64,000 nt of DNA from Mobula hypostoma (GCF_963921235.1 NC_086118.1:20028001-20092000), one strand, 5' to 3'. Numbered from the stretch's first letter, positions 50,996 through 63,900 are shown. Translations and numbers: made by a program. The notes: generated by a model not told the origin, from the sequence alone.

Positions 50996-51492
50996 CAACA
51001 CACATCAAAGGGTGAACGCAGCAGGCCAGGCAGCATCTCTAGGAAGAGGTACAGTCGATGTTTTGGGTCGAGACCCTTCGTCAGGACTAACTGAAGGAAG
51101 AGCTAGTAAGAGATTTGAAAGTGGGAGGGGGAGAGGAAAATCCAAAATGATAGGAGAAGACAGGAAGTGGAGGGATGGAGCCAAGAGCTGGACAGTTGAT
51201 TGGCAAAAAGGATATGAGAGGATCATGGGACAGGAGGCCTAGGGAGAAAGAAAGGGGGGAGGGGGAGCCCAGAGGATGGGCAAGGGGTATAGTGAGAGGG
51301 ACAGAGGGAGAAAAAGGAGAGAGAGAGAAAGAATATGTGTATATAAATAAATAACGGGTGGGGTACGAGGGGAGGGTGGGGCATTAGCAGAAGCTTGAGA
51401 AGTCAATGTTCATGCCATCAGGTTGGAGGCTACCCAGACGGAATATAAGGTGTTGTTCCTCCAACCTGAGTGTGGTTTAATAAAAGGTGTTG
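50996..51492 (-). mobile_element. Penelope-like element 3' end with decayed hammerhead
   Basis: Minus strand TAGTC-CTGACGA-AGGGTCTCGACCC-AAAAC-ATC-GACTG at 51052-51089. Flanked by the direct repeat TCTTTCCTG (50987-50995, 51493-51501). Confidence 0.8.
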
Positions 51493-52218
51493 TCTTTCCT
51501 GATGTTTTTCCATCTTGATTCTCTCTGTAAAACACAGAATAAAAAAGGTTGGAATACAAGAGGCCATTCTGCTGTGCTGGTCTTTAGAAACTGCAAACAT
51601 GACTAGTCCCTCAAAATCCCTCTCTCACACCTACACACAGGTGTAGACTAAACTTCCCCTTGTTGACTGTTTATTCCCCTCCGTGGTTACTGGGGGTCTT
51701 GCTGAGTTCCTCCAACATTTCGTGTATGTTGCTCAAAATTTTTGGCATCTGCAGAATCCCTTGTGTTTGCAACCAGTAGTTCAGATCCTGCTTAATTCAT
51801 TATGTGCCCTCACTCATCTTACAATCACCCTTATCAGTTAGAACTTGTCTCTCACAGCCATATGCTTAGTAAATGCTCTGCTCTGGTTCTCAGCCAGTCA
51901 TGCAAGTCATGCAAGTCTCGCAGTTGCTCCACACGGCCAGTTATTCAACCATGGCGGCCACTTGTGTTACAAGACACTTCCTGATGTGTTTCCTTCTCTA
52001 TTGCAAGAAAAGGCAATGCACAACTGAAAGCTGCAGAGGTTAAACATGGGCAGGTCCACAGCTACACCAACATGTTCTAACCCTGGGAGGAGAGGAGACA
52101 GTGCTGCCCATACCTGAAGCCACTATTCCTTAGACTCATATTGAACATATCATAGAGAAAGTCAAGTTTATTTTCTTGCATACAACTACAGATACAATGA
52201 GAAAAGCACTTATAGTAG

Positions 52219-54450
52219 TATGACAGACGTGTGGAGAGAAGAGAAACTAAACACAACAGACAACAGGTTAAGGCCTGATGATCTGATGAGTGAACAAAGA
52301 CTGTGGATGAGAACTGGGATTAAATAGGCTGCAGGTGACGAGTCTGAAATGAGTGGCAGGTAAATCCTACAGCTTTGTGGAGATTGTAAGGTGCCTACAG
52401 GAGTAGCTTGACAATACCACCCCCTCCCATTAAACCAGCCTCCATGGTTTGGATGGGACTCATCAATGGGCGATGGATCAAAGATGAAACCGGATGGCAT
52501 CCAAGACCTCTCATACAAGTAGTAACTTTCCCAGTCATGCAAGTACTGCACACCCCGTACACAGCGACAGGAATCAATCAACCGGCAGACAATGTACACT
52601 GGATCACCATCCACCATCCTAGGTTCTGCAGGTGCAGGATCAGGTGGGCTTGGGGCAGGACGTGTGGAAGGTAGGTGTGATCCTGAGGGACGGTGGTAGT
52701 TGGAGATGGTAAGTGACAGAGGAGGTGTGTAGGTTGTGGGACAGCTCAGCCCAGAACAGATGCTTCTTCCATGAGGAAGGTTCAGAGACAGGAAAGTATT
52801 GCAGAAACTCCTCCACTTGCTGATAGGATCTTTCTGACTGGCCGTTGGTCTGCTGATGACAATGAGAGGACAAACTCACTGAGGTGCGGACGAGGGAGCG
52901 GAAGGCTCGCCAGAAGCGGGAGCCAAACTTTGGGTTGCAGTCTGACACAACGTTCTGAGGAAATACGTGGAAGCAAACTTCATGTTGGCGAACAATGTCT
53001 TACCATCTCAGCAGCTGATAGAAAGCTTGGTGAGGGCAATGAAGTGGGGCACCTTGGAAAACTGGTCCACCTCTGTCAGGATCACTGTGATCCCATCGGA
53101 AATCCGTGATGAAATTCATGATGATGTGGGACGACAGGCGTCGAGGAACCATTAAGAGCCACCAGAGCACAGAGGACCACTGGCTGGAGGAGCCTGACAT
53201 GGATTGAGTTGCCAGAGTTGTTGCATAGATATGTCCAGATCAGGAAGGGCTCAGTATTTCCCATCTGCCAAATTCCTTCTCTATTCCTCCAAGGCAAATT
53301 TAATAGCAAGTAGTTCCCTGTCTCCTATTCTACAATGACACTGTGAAGAGTTGAACCTGCATAAGATGAAAGCGTAAGGGTGCGTCTTCCCGTCCAGTCC
53401 TCACTGGAAAAGGATGGCCCTGGTGTCCACGTCAGATGTGTTTACCACTACCACAAAAGCTCCAGAGAGGTTTGGATGGCAGAGAAAAGGAATGGTAGTG
53501 AAGTGTTTCTCCAGTTCCTCAAAAGCGTGGTCTGCAGAAACAGACCAGGTTATCTGTGAGGTAGGTAACTTGGTGAGGGAGATGAGAGGACCAGCCATTT
53601 GGCTGTAGTTTCTGATGAAAGGCCAGTAGAAATTGGAATAGCCCAAGAAGAGATGAAGCTGTTTGAGAGAGTGAGGTTCGGGCCATTCAACAATGGTGCG
53701 CACTTTCTCTTGGTCCATGGAGTGGAAAGGCGTATCTCAGGAAGGAAATGACTAGGCTGTGGAACTGGCATTTTTATAAAAGGAGGTGAGAAGGAGGACA
53801 GCTGGCCTTGGGATGGGGTGGTACATGGGAGGAGGGCAATCGCCCAGTTGTGTGGTTGGTGAGGCAATGGGGTACTGGCTTTCCTTCCACTGAAGTTGCT
53901 GGCTAAGCCATGATACGCCAGTGGGGGCTTGATGAAGTCAAGGATTTCCTCCATCTCCATGAGGTGAAGTCAGCTGAGGTTGCAGACAGGTGGTCCTGCA
54001 GGTAGATCCCCAACTCAGTAGTGAACCAGGTGACCAGGTGAAGTGATGGTCATGAGTGGAGAGCCAGGAGCAACCCAGGATGAGAGGTGCACTGGGCGAG
54101 TCGATCAGGAGGAACTGGCTGGACGCGCGAAGCTCTCTGGAGCTCATGTTCACAGGCCATGTGCATACTCTGACTGTCCCAGACCCCTAGTGAAGTCCTT
54201 CAATGGCTGTAATGCTGATGGAGACTGAGAGATGGGTTTGGCAGGGAGTCCAGGCTGCACACACAGAGTCCGATCCCCGAAAGTTACCTGCTGCGCTGGA
54301 ATCCACCAGTGCCTCCTGTGCACGTAGAGCAGACAGAGTGTGGAGAAGGACGGTGAGCGAGACACTGGCCATGGTGCTGGAAAGAGGGGTCAGGGACTGC
54401 TTGCCAGATAGGAGGCTCCCCATCTCTGCCTGGAGGCTCCATTCCCAGAC
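52219..54450 (-). mobile_element. Degenerate chromovirus (Sushi-like Ty3/gypsy): protease, RT/RNase H, integrase, chromodomain, PPT, 3' LTR
   Basis: QEALVDSSAAGNF, PLILGCSWLSTHD, MDQEKVRTIVEWPEPHSLKQLHLFLGYSNFY, HQQTNGQSER, and chromodomain YIVCRLIDS...GVQYLHDWESY...ERSW. Purine tract GGGAGGGGGTGGTAT then TGTCAAG (LTR about 52219-52413). Confidence 0.88.
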
Positions 54451-54489
54451 AACATGAGGGAGTAAAAATCTTTATGTTGCATCTCCATC

Positions 54490-54870
54490 GCAATGTACAA
54501 GCAATGAGGAAGGGAAATATAGGATGATATTGCCAAAACACTGTATACGTAATTGTTTTGTATACATGTATCTACAGTCAAATACAATGTACAGTCAGAT
54601 ATGCAATCAGATCAATATGTATTGATAAACCTGATGGCCTGGTGAGGGAAGCTCTCCCGGAGCCTGTTGGCCCTCTCCTTAATGCTGTGGTACCCTTTGC
54701 CAGACGGAAGCAGCTGAAACAGTCTGTGGTCGGGCTGGCTGGAGTCCCTGATGATCCTCCGGGTCCTTTCTACGCACCTGTGATGTAGAAGTCCTGAATA
54801 GAGGAAAGTTCACATCCACAGATTCGTTGGGCTGTCTGCACCACTCTCTGCAGTGCTTTGTGATTGAGGG
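54490..54870 (-). mobile_element. Rex1/L2-type LINE 3' fragment
   Basis: Reverse complement of a Rex-type 3' region (GCTTCCGTCTGGCAAAGGGTACCACAGCATTAAG...GCTTCCCTCACCAGGCCATCAG). Confidence 0.65.
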
Positions 54871-55519
54871 TAGTACTTTTAGATTAGATTATGAGGACAT
54901 GCAGTCCTCTTTTATTGTTATTTAGTAATGCATGCATTAAGAAATGATACAGTATTCCTCCAGTGTGATATCACAGAAACACAGGACAGACCAAGACCGA
55001 AAAACTGACAAAAACCACATAATTATAACATATAGTTACAACAGTGCAAGCAATACCATAACTTGATGAAGAACAGGCCATGGGCACGGTAAAAAAAGTT
55101 CAAAGTCTCTCGAAAGTCCCACATCTCACACAGACGGGAGAAGGAAGAAAACTCTTCCTGCCATGCCCGACCACAGTCCGACTCTGAGTCGTCCGAAAAC
55201 TTTGAGCCTCCGACCAGCCCTCTGTCACCGAGCACCATCTCTGCCGAACGCTTCAACCCCAGCCCCGGCTGCCAGCAGCAAGCAAAGCCGAGGATTTTGG
55301 GGCCTTCCCTCCAGAGATTCTCCATCGCACAGTAGCAGCAGCAGCGAACCGGGCATTTCAGAAGTTTCTCCAGATGTTCCTCTGTGCTTCTCACAGCTGT
55401 CTCCATCAAATCAGAATTGTGCACGGTACCCTATTTAACAAATACGATATCATTTCACCAGAGAGCTGGGCGTGCTGCGTCGCGCCGCCATCTTCTCCTC
55501 CCGCCTTAGTGCGAAGTAA

Positions 55520-55996
55520 GATAGAAACATAGAAACATAGAAAACCTACAGCACAATACAGGCCCTTCGGCCCACAAACATGTCCCTACCTTACAAATTA
55601 AGCCCTCTATTTTTCTAAGCTCCATGTACCTATCTAAAAGTCTCTTAAAAGACCCTATCATATCCGCCTCCATCACTGTTGCTGGCAGCCCATTCCACGC
55701 ACTTACCACTCTCTGTGCAAAAAACTTACCTCTGACATCTCCTCTGTACTTACTCCCCAGCACCTTAAACCTGTGTCCTCTTGTGGCAGCCATTTCAGCC
55801 TTGGGAAAAAGCCTCTGACTATCCACATGATTAATGCCTCTCATTATTTTATACACCTCCATCAGGTCACCTCTCATCCTCCGTCGCTCCAAAGAGAAAA
55901 GGCCGAGCTCATTCAACCTGTTTCCATAAGGCATGCTCCTCAATCCAGGCAACATCCTTGTAAATCTGCTCTGCACCCTTTCTACGGTTTCCACAT
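55520..55996 (-). mobile_element. CR1 LINE 3' end
   Basis: ERVQSRFTRMLPGL...LERRRMRGDLMEVYKIMRG...RGHRFKVLG, with tail (ATAGAAAC)n on the plus strand. Confidence 0.9.
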
Positions 55997-56146
55997 CAAA
56001 GATGGCGGGATCTGCGGCACGCCATCTTTGCTGCTCAGGGTCACACTTCAAAATCAACAATAGTCCCCTTTATTGAAAGTCACCAATCTTCCTTTAGGAG
56101 GAAATATTAGGATAGATAAGTCCCAAGGCCATACAGGATATGCACA

Positions 56147-57400
56147 CAGTCCTCACTTAACACTGAGGATGTGTTCCTCATAGGAGGAGTGATGTAAATC
56201 AGCGTTATACGGGGTCATGATAAATGGACATGTGTGCCTGATTTAAAAAAAAATCAAACCCAAGGTGTAAAATATTATTTTATGTATACACGGTAATTCA
56301 TGGAGTAACAAGCACACAAATAGGCTTAACCAGTACATTGATGGAGCAGCAACACATTGCAGTAGCAGTGGAGGGAAGCAGGTAGGGGCTGCATCGTAAA
56401 GGAGGGACCAGTCTGTGGGTCCTCCTCTAACTTTGGCTTCTTCTTGCCGTGACTTAACTGACTTTTCTTAAGCTCCCTCTCATGAAGCATTTCTCAGCGC
56501 AGGAAATCACGTAGAGAACACTTCTGTTTGCCTTACTGCTTCGCTCCCAGTCAGGGTCATTATCGACAAACCGGTCCATGATTTGTGTGATCGTGGTGAT
56601 GCTAGTGTTGAGGAGTTTTGTGGTGAGGTTTCTTGCTGGTGTTTCCTCTTCTCCATCTGTGTCCTCAGATTCACCCATGATGCATTGCTCTGCCAATTCT
56701 CGAAGCTCTTCATTATTAAGGCTCTTGTTGTCTGCACTAGCTACTTCACCAGAGATACGCGTGCTATGGAGATACATATGCTATGGAAGGTACTGTGCTG
56801 TTTAAATCTATCAAACCAACCTCTGCTAGCTGTGAATGTTACCGACATATCATCATCTTCTTGAACATGATTGAAGATGCTTCTTGCCTCTTCTATTATT
56901 ACCAGTAGGCTTAGGGGTATGTTTCATTGTGTTTGGACATCCACCAAATATTTAGTCTATCTTCCAACTTTTCAAAGCAAATGGCTCCTTGGACAAGTCA
57001 CCTTCATTGACGAAAACTTTGAGGTGATTGTTGCAGAAGCTTTTATCTTCTCTGCATTTTAAGATTATTGTTCTGATTGTCAATATAGCCAATTTCAAAG
57101 TGGTGCCAACACCAATCTGATGCTCACTAGCTTCCAAACGCAATTATCACTCGCAGTTTCACATCCATGTTGATGCTTTCTCTGAACGTCTTAGATGTAC
57201 TACCCTCACTGGAATTTGCAGGTCTTTTTCCAGAGATGATGGGTGAAATAAATGGAATAAATTGGCGAGGGAGCAAGAATGTTTTACATGCGCGAGGGAG
57301 GCGGAGTGTGAACTAATAAGTGATTGGCTGTGAGTGACTCGGAGCGTATGTAGTGAACTCTCATTGGCTGATTGAATACTTACTGTTATGGTGGCCACTC
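56147..57400 (-). mobile_element. Internally deleted pogo/Tigger transposon
   Basis: CENP-B-type HTH motif MSVTFTASRGWFDRFKQH (about 56795-56848) joined almost directly to a Tigger-like C-terminus (LNNEELRELAE...DNDPDWERSSKANR). The DDE domain appears to be missing. Confidence 0.8.
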
Positions 57401-58196
57401 TTGAGAAGTTTTAAGTCTTGTTTAGAATGAATTTTAAAATTTCTATGAAGAATTGAATAACTGTGTTGTAATGAATCAGCACTATGTGGGGAAGCATTAT
57501 GCAGAGTCTGAGTGTACCTCTAGTTGCTACAAGAAGCGAGGAAAGAGATTGTTGCATCTTTTGCGATGAGATGACACCCACATTGGCCTCAGGAGTAATA
57601 ACAGATGATTGGATGGTGGCCACAAATATTCATTTGTTTAAGAAAAGGAATTAGGATGAGTATTTGGAGAAGTAAAGTCTGATTAGGGAGTCTGATTGTC
57701 TTCAGTATAGGGGGGTGAAAGAGTAAGTTTTTTCACACAGAGATTGATGGGTGCATGGAACACCTTCCAGGGGTGCTGGTAGAGGCAGATACACGAGGAG
57801 TATTTAAGAATCTCTAAGAACAGCACATGTATGTTTGAAAATTGTAGGGCTCTATAGGAGGGAAAGGTGAGATTGATCTCAGAGTAGGCATGACATTATG
57901 AGCTGAAGGGCCTGTCCTGTGCTGGAGTGTGGCACACTTGGATGCAGCGGCCATTCCAGGTCCGATCAAAGATAGATTTGTTCAACCTGGATACTAAGAA
58001 GATCAAGCACTGCAGGACTACCTCAGTAGCGACAGAGCTGGACTTATTGCATACCGTTATTGTGTTGTCGCCAGTACCATTGTGCGGTAGCAAGGCACAT
58101 TGTGAGTGATTGTCTTGGATGTTTTTATTAGGATTGCCGAACCATGTTGGACATTGGTAATGTAGTAGGCTACAATTCTGGTTCACTGGTTCACTG

Positions 58197-59054
58197 TGTT
58201 ACGTACCCCGTAACTGGGTTGCCAAACCAGCAGAAATGGATCACTCAGTTGGAGTCTGGAGTACTAGAACTAAGAAAGTTTTATTAAAGAAACAAGCAAC
58301 ACATTAATCGAAAGGATAATAAATGCAACAGTTCAGCGATGATAAACGCACATGTGCACAGAATTAAGATAACCGCATCAATCAAGCTCTATCGTTGTCT
58401 AGGGGTAAATGACCAATTTCAAAATGACTCAAAGTTCAGTCCAGTTTGTAGTTCAGTTCGCAGTAATCGTTGTCATGGCGATGGACAAGGTGGGGAAGAG
58501 AGACATAGAATAGGAACAACTCATCATTCAGCACAGCTTCACTCACAGACCAGCGAGATGGCTCACAAACAGCATTTGGGCGGGTCCTTGGTGATGTCCC
58601 CTGAGGTCACCGACTGTGACCCCTCCTCCAGATGCGGTCGATCCTCTGCAGTGAACCCGGCACCCAGGCAAGGGCGGACACACACCGGGTTCCCGCTGAT
58701 CGTACCTTTCCACCCTGGTCGTTGTCTGGTACTTCTCACCCACTCGTGAGAAGCGTACCGCTTCCAGGGTCTCGTTACCTCGGGTGGCGTGTGTGTCCGT
58801 CTTAGCGAACCTGTCCCCTTTTTATCCCCCTGCTGGGGTATCGCCTGTCCATCACTTCAAACAGTTCAGGGTTCAAAGGGGGAGCCGCTCCAGACAGCTC
58901 TCTCTCCCACATCCCTTCATTACACATCTCCAGACGCTGCTCCATTGTTCCTTATCTCTCCTTCCCCTGAGGGCAGGTGGCAGACCAACTGCTGATGCCA
59001 CTGATGCTAGCCCAGGCCAGCAAACATCTTAATTTTATGTGTATTCTCGTAACA
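58197..59054 (-). mobile_element. Solo LTR, 858 bp, sister of 12337-13245
   Basis: Plus strand TGTTACGTACCCCG...CTCGTAACA, 4-bp TSD ACTG (58193-58196, 59055-59058). Aligns in reverse to the 12337 LTR over its length. Confidence 0.92.
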
Positions 59055-59230
59055 ACTGGAAAGACTGGAGGAGAGGGAGGTGCATTGCCTTGGTTGTGGT
59101 GAAGACTAGGCCAATGTTGTTGTCTCACCTATTGCACCTGCCCAGGAGAGGAGAGGCTGAGGTGGTGTGGGAGTGCCCCAAGTTGTACGCGTTGTAACCT
59201 GTACTGGGTTAGGGGCTGCCCGCTCTCATT

Positions 59231-59711
59231 TGTGCTGCCCTGCAGTGTTCATTCAGTGCTACTCTCCAGTGTTTGATCAGTGCTGTCCTCCAGTGTTCGC
59301 TCAGTGCTTCCCTCCAGTGTTCACTCAGTGCTGACCTCCAGTATTCACTCAGTGCTATCCTCCAGTGTTTGATCAGTGCTGCCCTCCAGTGTTTGATCAG
59401 TGCTGCCCTCCAGTGTTCGCTCAGTGCTGCCCTGCACTGTTCACTCAGTGCTGCTCTCCAGTGTTCGCTCAGTGCTGCCCTCCAGTGTTCGCTCAGTGCT
59501 GCCCTGCAGTGTTCACTCAGTGCTGCCCTCCAATGTTTGCTCGGTGCTGCCCTCCAGTGTTTGCTCAGTGCTGTTCTCCAGTGTTTGCTCAGTGCTGCCC
59601 TCCAGTGTTCGCTCAGTGCTGTTCTCCAGTGTTTGCTCGGTGCTGCCCTCCAGTGTTCGCTCAGTGCTGTTTTCCAGTGTTCGCTCAGTGCTGCCCTCCA
59701 GTGGTTGCTCA
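59231..59711. repeat. 24-bp minisatellite, about 20 copies
   Basis: Consensus CAGTGCTGCCCTCCAGTGTTCGCT repeated in tandem. It accounts for the repetitive ORFs in several frames. Confidence 0.95.
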
Positions 59712-62164
59712 ATGGAAGAACAAGCTGGACCAGGACTACAGACATGCCACTCAGGGACTTGGGCTATATTATTTTTATCCCTTTTTTTCCCCTTTGTGAC
59801 TGGATGCTTTTCTGAAATCATAACCAGATGTTCTATTTGTGCTGTGTGCTGTTGGTACTATGTGTTGCAACTTGGCCCTGGAGGAGCACTGTTTCTTTTG
59901 GCTATATTTTTGTATGGTTGAATGATATTTAAATTTGATCTTGTTGTTCTATGTTCTATGCTCCTTCAGAGCCAAAAAGTGATGGGACACAAGGAAGATG
60001 AAATGAAAAGGGCAATTGGAAGACTTTTATGGGTATTATGGCAAGATTCCACTTTATGGTATCTTCAGCCAAGCAAATACTTCATCTGTGAATGTGCACT
60101 CGTGCTGAATGGGGAACTGGGGGCGGATTTACTGCTCTGCCCCCCTCGTTAGGCAGCATGCAGCAGACCACCACAAACCTTTGCATTCGGTGTGCCAGGT
60201 ACTACAGAGCTTTTCCAAGTCGTCCAAGCAGTGGAACCACTGTTCCAGCAAACTGACCCCCTGCTCTGTCAGGGCTACTATGGCAGTGAGTCTTTCTACA
60301 AAATTAGGCCACGCACATGCACACATTGTAATGGCACAACTCTATTACAGCTCAGGACATTGGAGTTTGGCGTTCAGTTCCAATACCTTGTGGAAGAAGT
60401 TTGTACAATCTCCCCGTGACCCTATGCTCCAGTTGCTATTAAGGTAACAGTTGTGTTCAGCATGGATATCTTTCTTAAAGTCCGGTTATTGAATATACTG
60501 TTGCTGCCAAGGTTCAGGTAAGAGCTTTGATCCTGAATAACTTGGACAGGACTGAGGTCTTGCTGACTGACATTCTTCCCTCCATCCACTTCCAGCATCT
60601 TGTGTGTTCTGTGTTTTCTCATCGCCAAGTTGTACTACTTTCTAATGCCCCCCTGTATACTTGTCAGCAACAGTTTTGTGCAGATGCCATATAGTCATAC
60701 AGTATGGAAACAAGCTCTCTAGCCCAGCTGGTCCATGCCAACCAAGATGCCCATCTAGGTATGTCCCATCTGCAATGTCTTGAAATCACTAAAGGCTCCT
60801 TTATTGCTTTCCTTGCCATTGCCTATAGACAATTGCAACTTGAAACGAGCAAACATCTGGAATTGTATTTACATCCACAAGCAAACCCATCAATATTTAT
60901 GTGGTTGAAAATAGTGGATTAGTGGACTGTTTCCTTCCTGTTTCTTGTCATGTATTTGGCTCATAAGCAATAGAGAACTATGATCCAGATTGGGAAAGTT
61001 GACATCAAAACACCTTTGCAAGTTAATTGACATCACGATCTACCAGCTCTCTGTATTTCTGGGACCACTGATCATTTGGCCTACAGGCTGTCCAACTTCA
61101 TTCACAGCAGAACTATGCAGGCTTGCCTCGTATCATTTTCATTCCCAATCTGCAGCACTTTGGCTTCCTAACCATGGGGCTGCCAATCCTGAACTCAACA
61201 TAAAAGCTCACCTCGTCATTTTTAACCTACAACTTTGCAAAAGTGAGAGATATTGAGAGAAATAAATTACTAAACTGTGAAAAATTTTATTGGACCTCAT
61301 TGAAAAGAACTTTAAATATTAGTGTATATTTAAATATCATTCATTGTTTCATCTAACAGAATGACAATTAGATCATTGAACTTTATATTTGCATGTTTGA
61401 ATTTAGCGTTGAATTTTACTCTGTGGTGTTTCATATCAATGACATTCAAATAACCAGCCATGAGATAAATCAATTTTGCATCATAATAATAGCAAAACCC
61501 AAATCCATTCACATTTAAATATAGCCATTAGATAGCTTGCCTGCTGTAAACAAGGGCCATGAGTTTCGTATTCCCAACAGACTAGAGCCAAACCACTCTA
61601 TAGAGGACTGTAATCTCAAAGTGGATCAGTGCATGAATATTTAATGTTGAATTCAATTGCCTGCTTTGATGAAAGAAAGGTGAGTTCTGTTGAATGGTCA
61701 TTGACCAGAAATATTAACTTTCACAGATGCTGCCTGATCTCATCAGCAGTCCCAGCATTTCCAGATTTTTTTTTTAAGTGGTCTATTTACTTTAAGGTTT
61801 GTGCAAAGGTGTTTTCTAAAGGTCATTGTAAATACTACTTGGCTTTGTAATCTCCTCATCTGATCCTAGTTTCCCGAGAATTGATTAGAATTCTTGTTTT
61901 GAATAAACAATAACACATAAAAATTTTAAATAATAGCCTACACCCAGATCCAAATGCATTAGTCTCACCACCCATTAAACACTGATAGAAAACAAGATCT
62001 TTACTCATTTACAAACCAAATCAGAAAAGGAAAGGATATATGTTTGAGTTATTTATTTTTATTTTGTTAATGATTTGGATCAGAAAGTATGTGGAATAAA
62101 TCCAAAATTATTTTTAATATTACAAAATTATTGTTAACCTTACTTGCTACTTCAATTTCCTGGT

Positions 62165-63900
62165 GCTTCAAAAGTTTCAAAGTTTCAAAGGTACACTTAA
62201 TGTCAGAGAAGTGTATACAATATACATCCTGAAATTTGTTTTCTTCGCAACCATCCATGAAAACAGAGTAGTGCCCCAAAGAATGAATGACAGTAAAATG
62301 TTAGAACCCCAAAGCCCCCCAGCTCCCCCCTCCCACGCACAAGCAACAGCAAAGCAATGATCCCCCCTCCCCCACCAGCAAAAAAAGCATCGTCACCCCC
62401 CACTGAGCACTCAAGCGTGCAGCAAAGCATCAATAAAGACACAGATTTGCAGTACTCCAAAGACTACTCATTCACCCAGTAATTCGACATACCAAATGAA
62501 GGAAAAAGAGGTGTCCCCGTTTCATAGATAGAAAATAGGTGCAGGAGTAGGCCATTCGGCCCTTCGAGCCTGCACCGCCATTTATTATGATCATGGCTGA
62601 TCATCCAACTCAGAACCCAGCCTTCCCTCCATACCCCCTGACCCCTGTAGCCACAAGGGCCATATCTAACTTCCTTTTAAACATAGCTAATGAACTGGCC
62701 TCAACAGTTTGCTGTGGCAGAGAATTCCACAGATTCACCACTCTCTGTGTGAAGAAGTTTTTCCTAACCTCGGTCCTAAAAGGCTTCCCCTCTATCCTCA
62801 AACTGTGACCCCTCGTTCTAGACCTCCCCAACATCGGGAACAATCTTCAGTCTTTCTTCCTTTTTCACCGCCTGCTGTACCTGCATGCCCACTTTCAATG
62901 ACTGGTGTATAATGACACCCAGGTCTCATTGCACCTCCCCTTTTCCTAATCGGCCACCATTCAGATAATAATCTGTTTTCCTATTTTTGCCACCAAAGTG
63001 GATAACTTCACATTTATCCACATTAAATTGCATCTGCCATGAGTTTGCCCACTCACCCAACCTATCCAAGTCACCCTGCATCCTCTTAGCATCCTCCTCA
63101 CTGCTAACACTGCCACCCAGCTTCGTGTCATCCGCAAACTTGGAGATGCTGCATTTAATTCCCTCATCCAAGTCATTAATATATATTGTAAACAACTGGG
63201 GTCCTAGCACTGAGCCTTGCGGTACCCCACTAGTCACCGCCTGCCATTCTGAAAAGGTCCCGTTTATTCCCACTCTTTGCTTCCTGTCTGCTAACCAATT
63301 CTCCACCCACACCAATACCTTACCCCCAATACCGTGTGCTTTAAGTTTGCACACTAATCTCCTATGTGGGACCTTGTCAAAAGCCTTTTGAAAATCCAAA
63401 TATACCACATCCACTGGTTCTCCCCTATCCACTCTACTAGTTACATCCTCAAAAAATTCTATGAGATTCGTCTGAGAGGGGAGACATAACAAACAACTTG
63501 CCGATTTATGGTGTTAAAAGTCTGTTGCGTCGCTTCTTCTGAACTCTGAGCCCAAAGAACTTGGGTCTCTGGGCACACAGCCAGCAGCCAGCTTGCTGCT
63601 TTCGATCTTCCATCTCCCACAATGGACCAGGCAACGGCACCAACCTCGCGTCTGCCCATGTCCAGAGCCACGAAATCCCGGAACCCCGAGGGCACGCTAG
63701 TCTTCCAGACGGCGTCCTTGGTATATCAGCCGGCCGTGAGACCCCAAGAGCGGGTCCCATTCCCACAAAGAACTGCAGTCAGCATGTAACTCCAGGTCAG
63801 GGTCTTCCAAAGAACCCTGAAAGGGAAAAATAGAGATATTAAAGATAGAAATAGAGCTATTTCCGAAGATGCAAGCAAAGGAGTGGCCGTTAGGCACTAT
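62165..63900. repeat. Unclassified interspersed repeat (family of 24900-25420) split by CR1
   Basis: The left part ends GAGGTGTCCCCGTTTCA and the right part resumes GGGAGACATAACAA. These motifs are contiguous in the copy at about 25020-25060. Confidence 0.7.
62525..63472 (-). mobile_element. Young CR1 LINE fragment (RT open at 62926-63472, internal deletion, 3' end)
   Basis: TNLIEFFEDVT...VVYLDFQKAFDKVPH...GVPQGSVLGPQLFTIYINDL...KFADDTKLGG. The 3' end closely resembles 33170-33490. Confidence 0.93.

Noticed and set aside
56454..57143. Domesticated TIGD/CENP-B-like gene
   Set aside because: It has frameshifts and stops and lacks the DDE domain, so it is a Tigger fossil.
59209..59921. Long repetitive ORFs (up to 180 aa) or a CRISPR-like array
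   Set aside because: These come from a tandem 24-bp minisatellite with no unique spacers and no cas genes, in eukaryotic DNA.
60109..60628. Cluster of overlapping short ORFs and a possible GTAAGA donor at about 60518
   Set aside because: No recognisable domain and no consistent exon chain.
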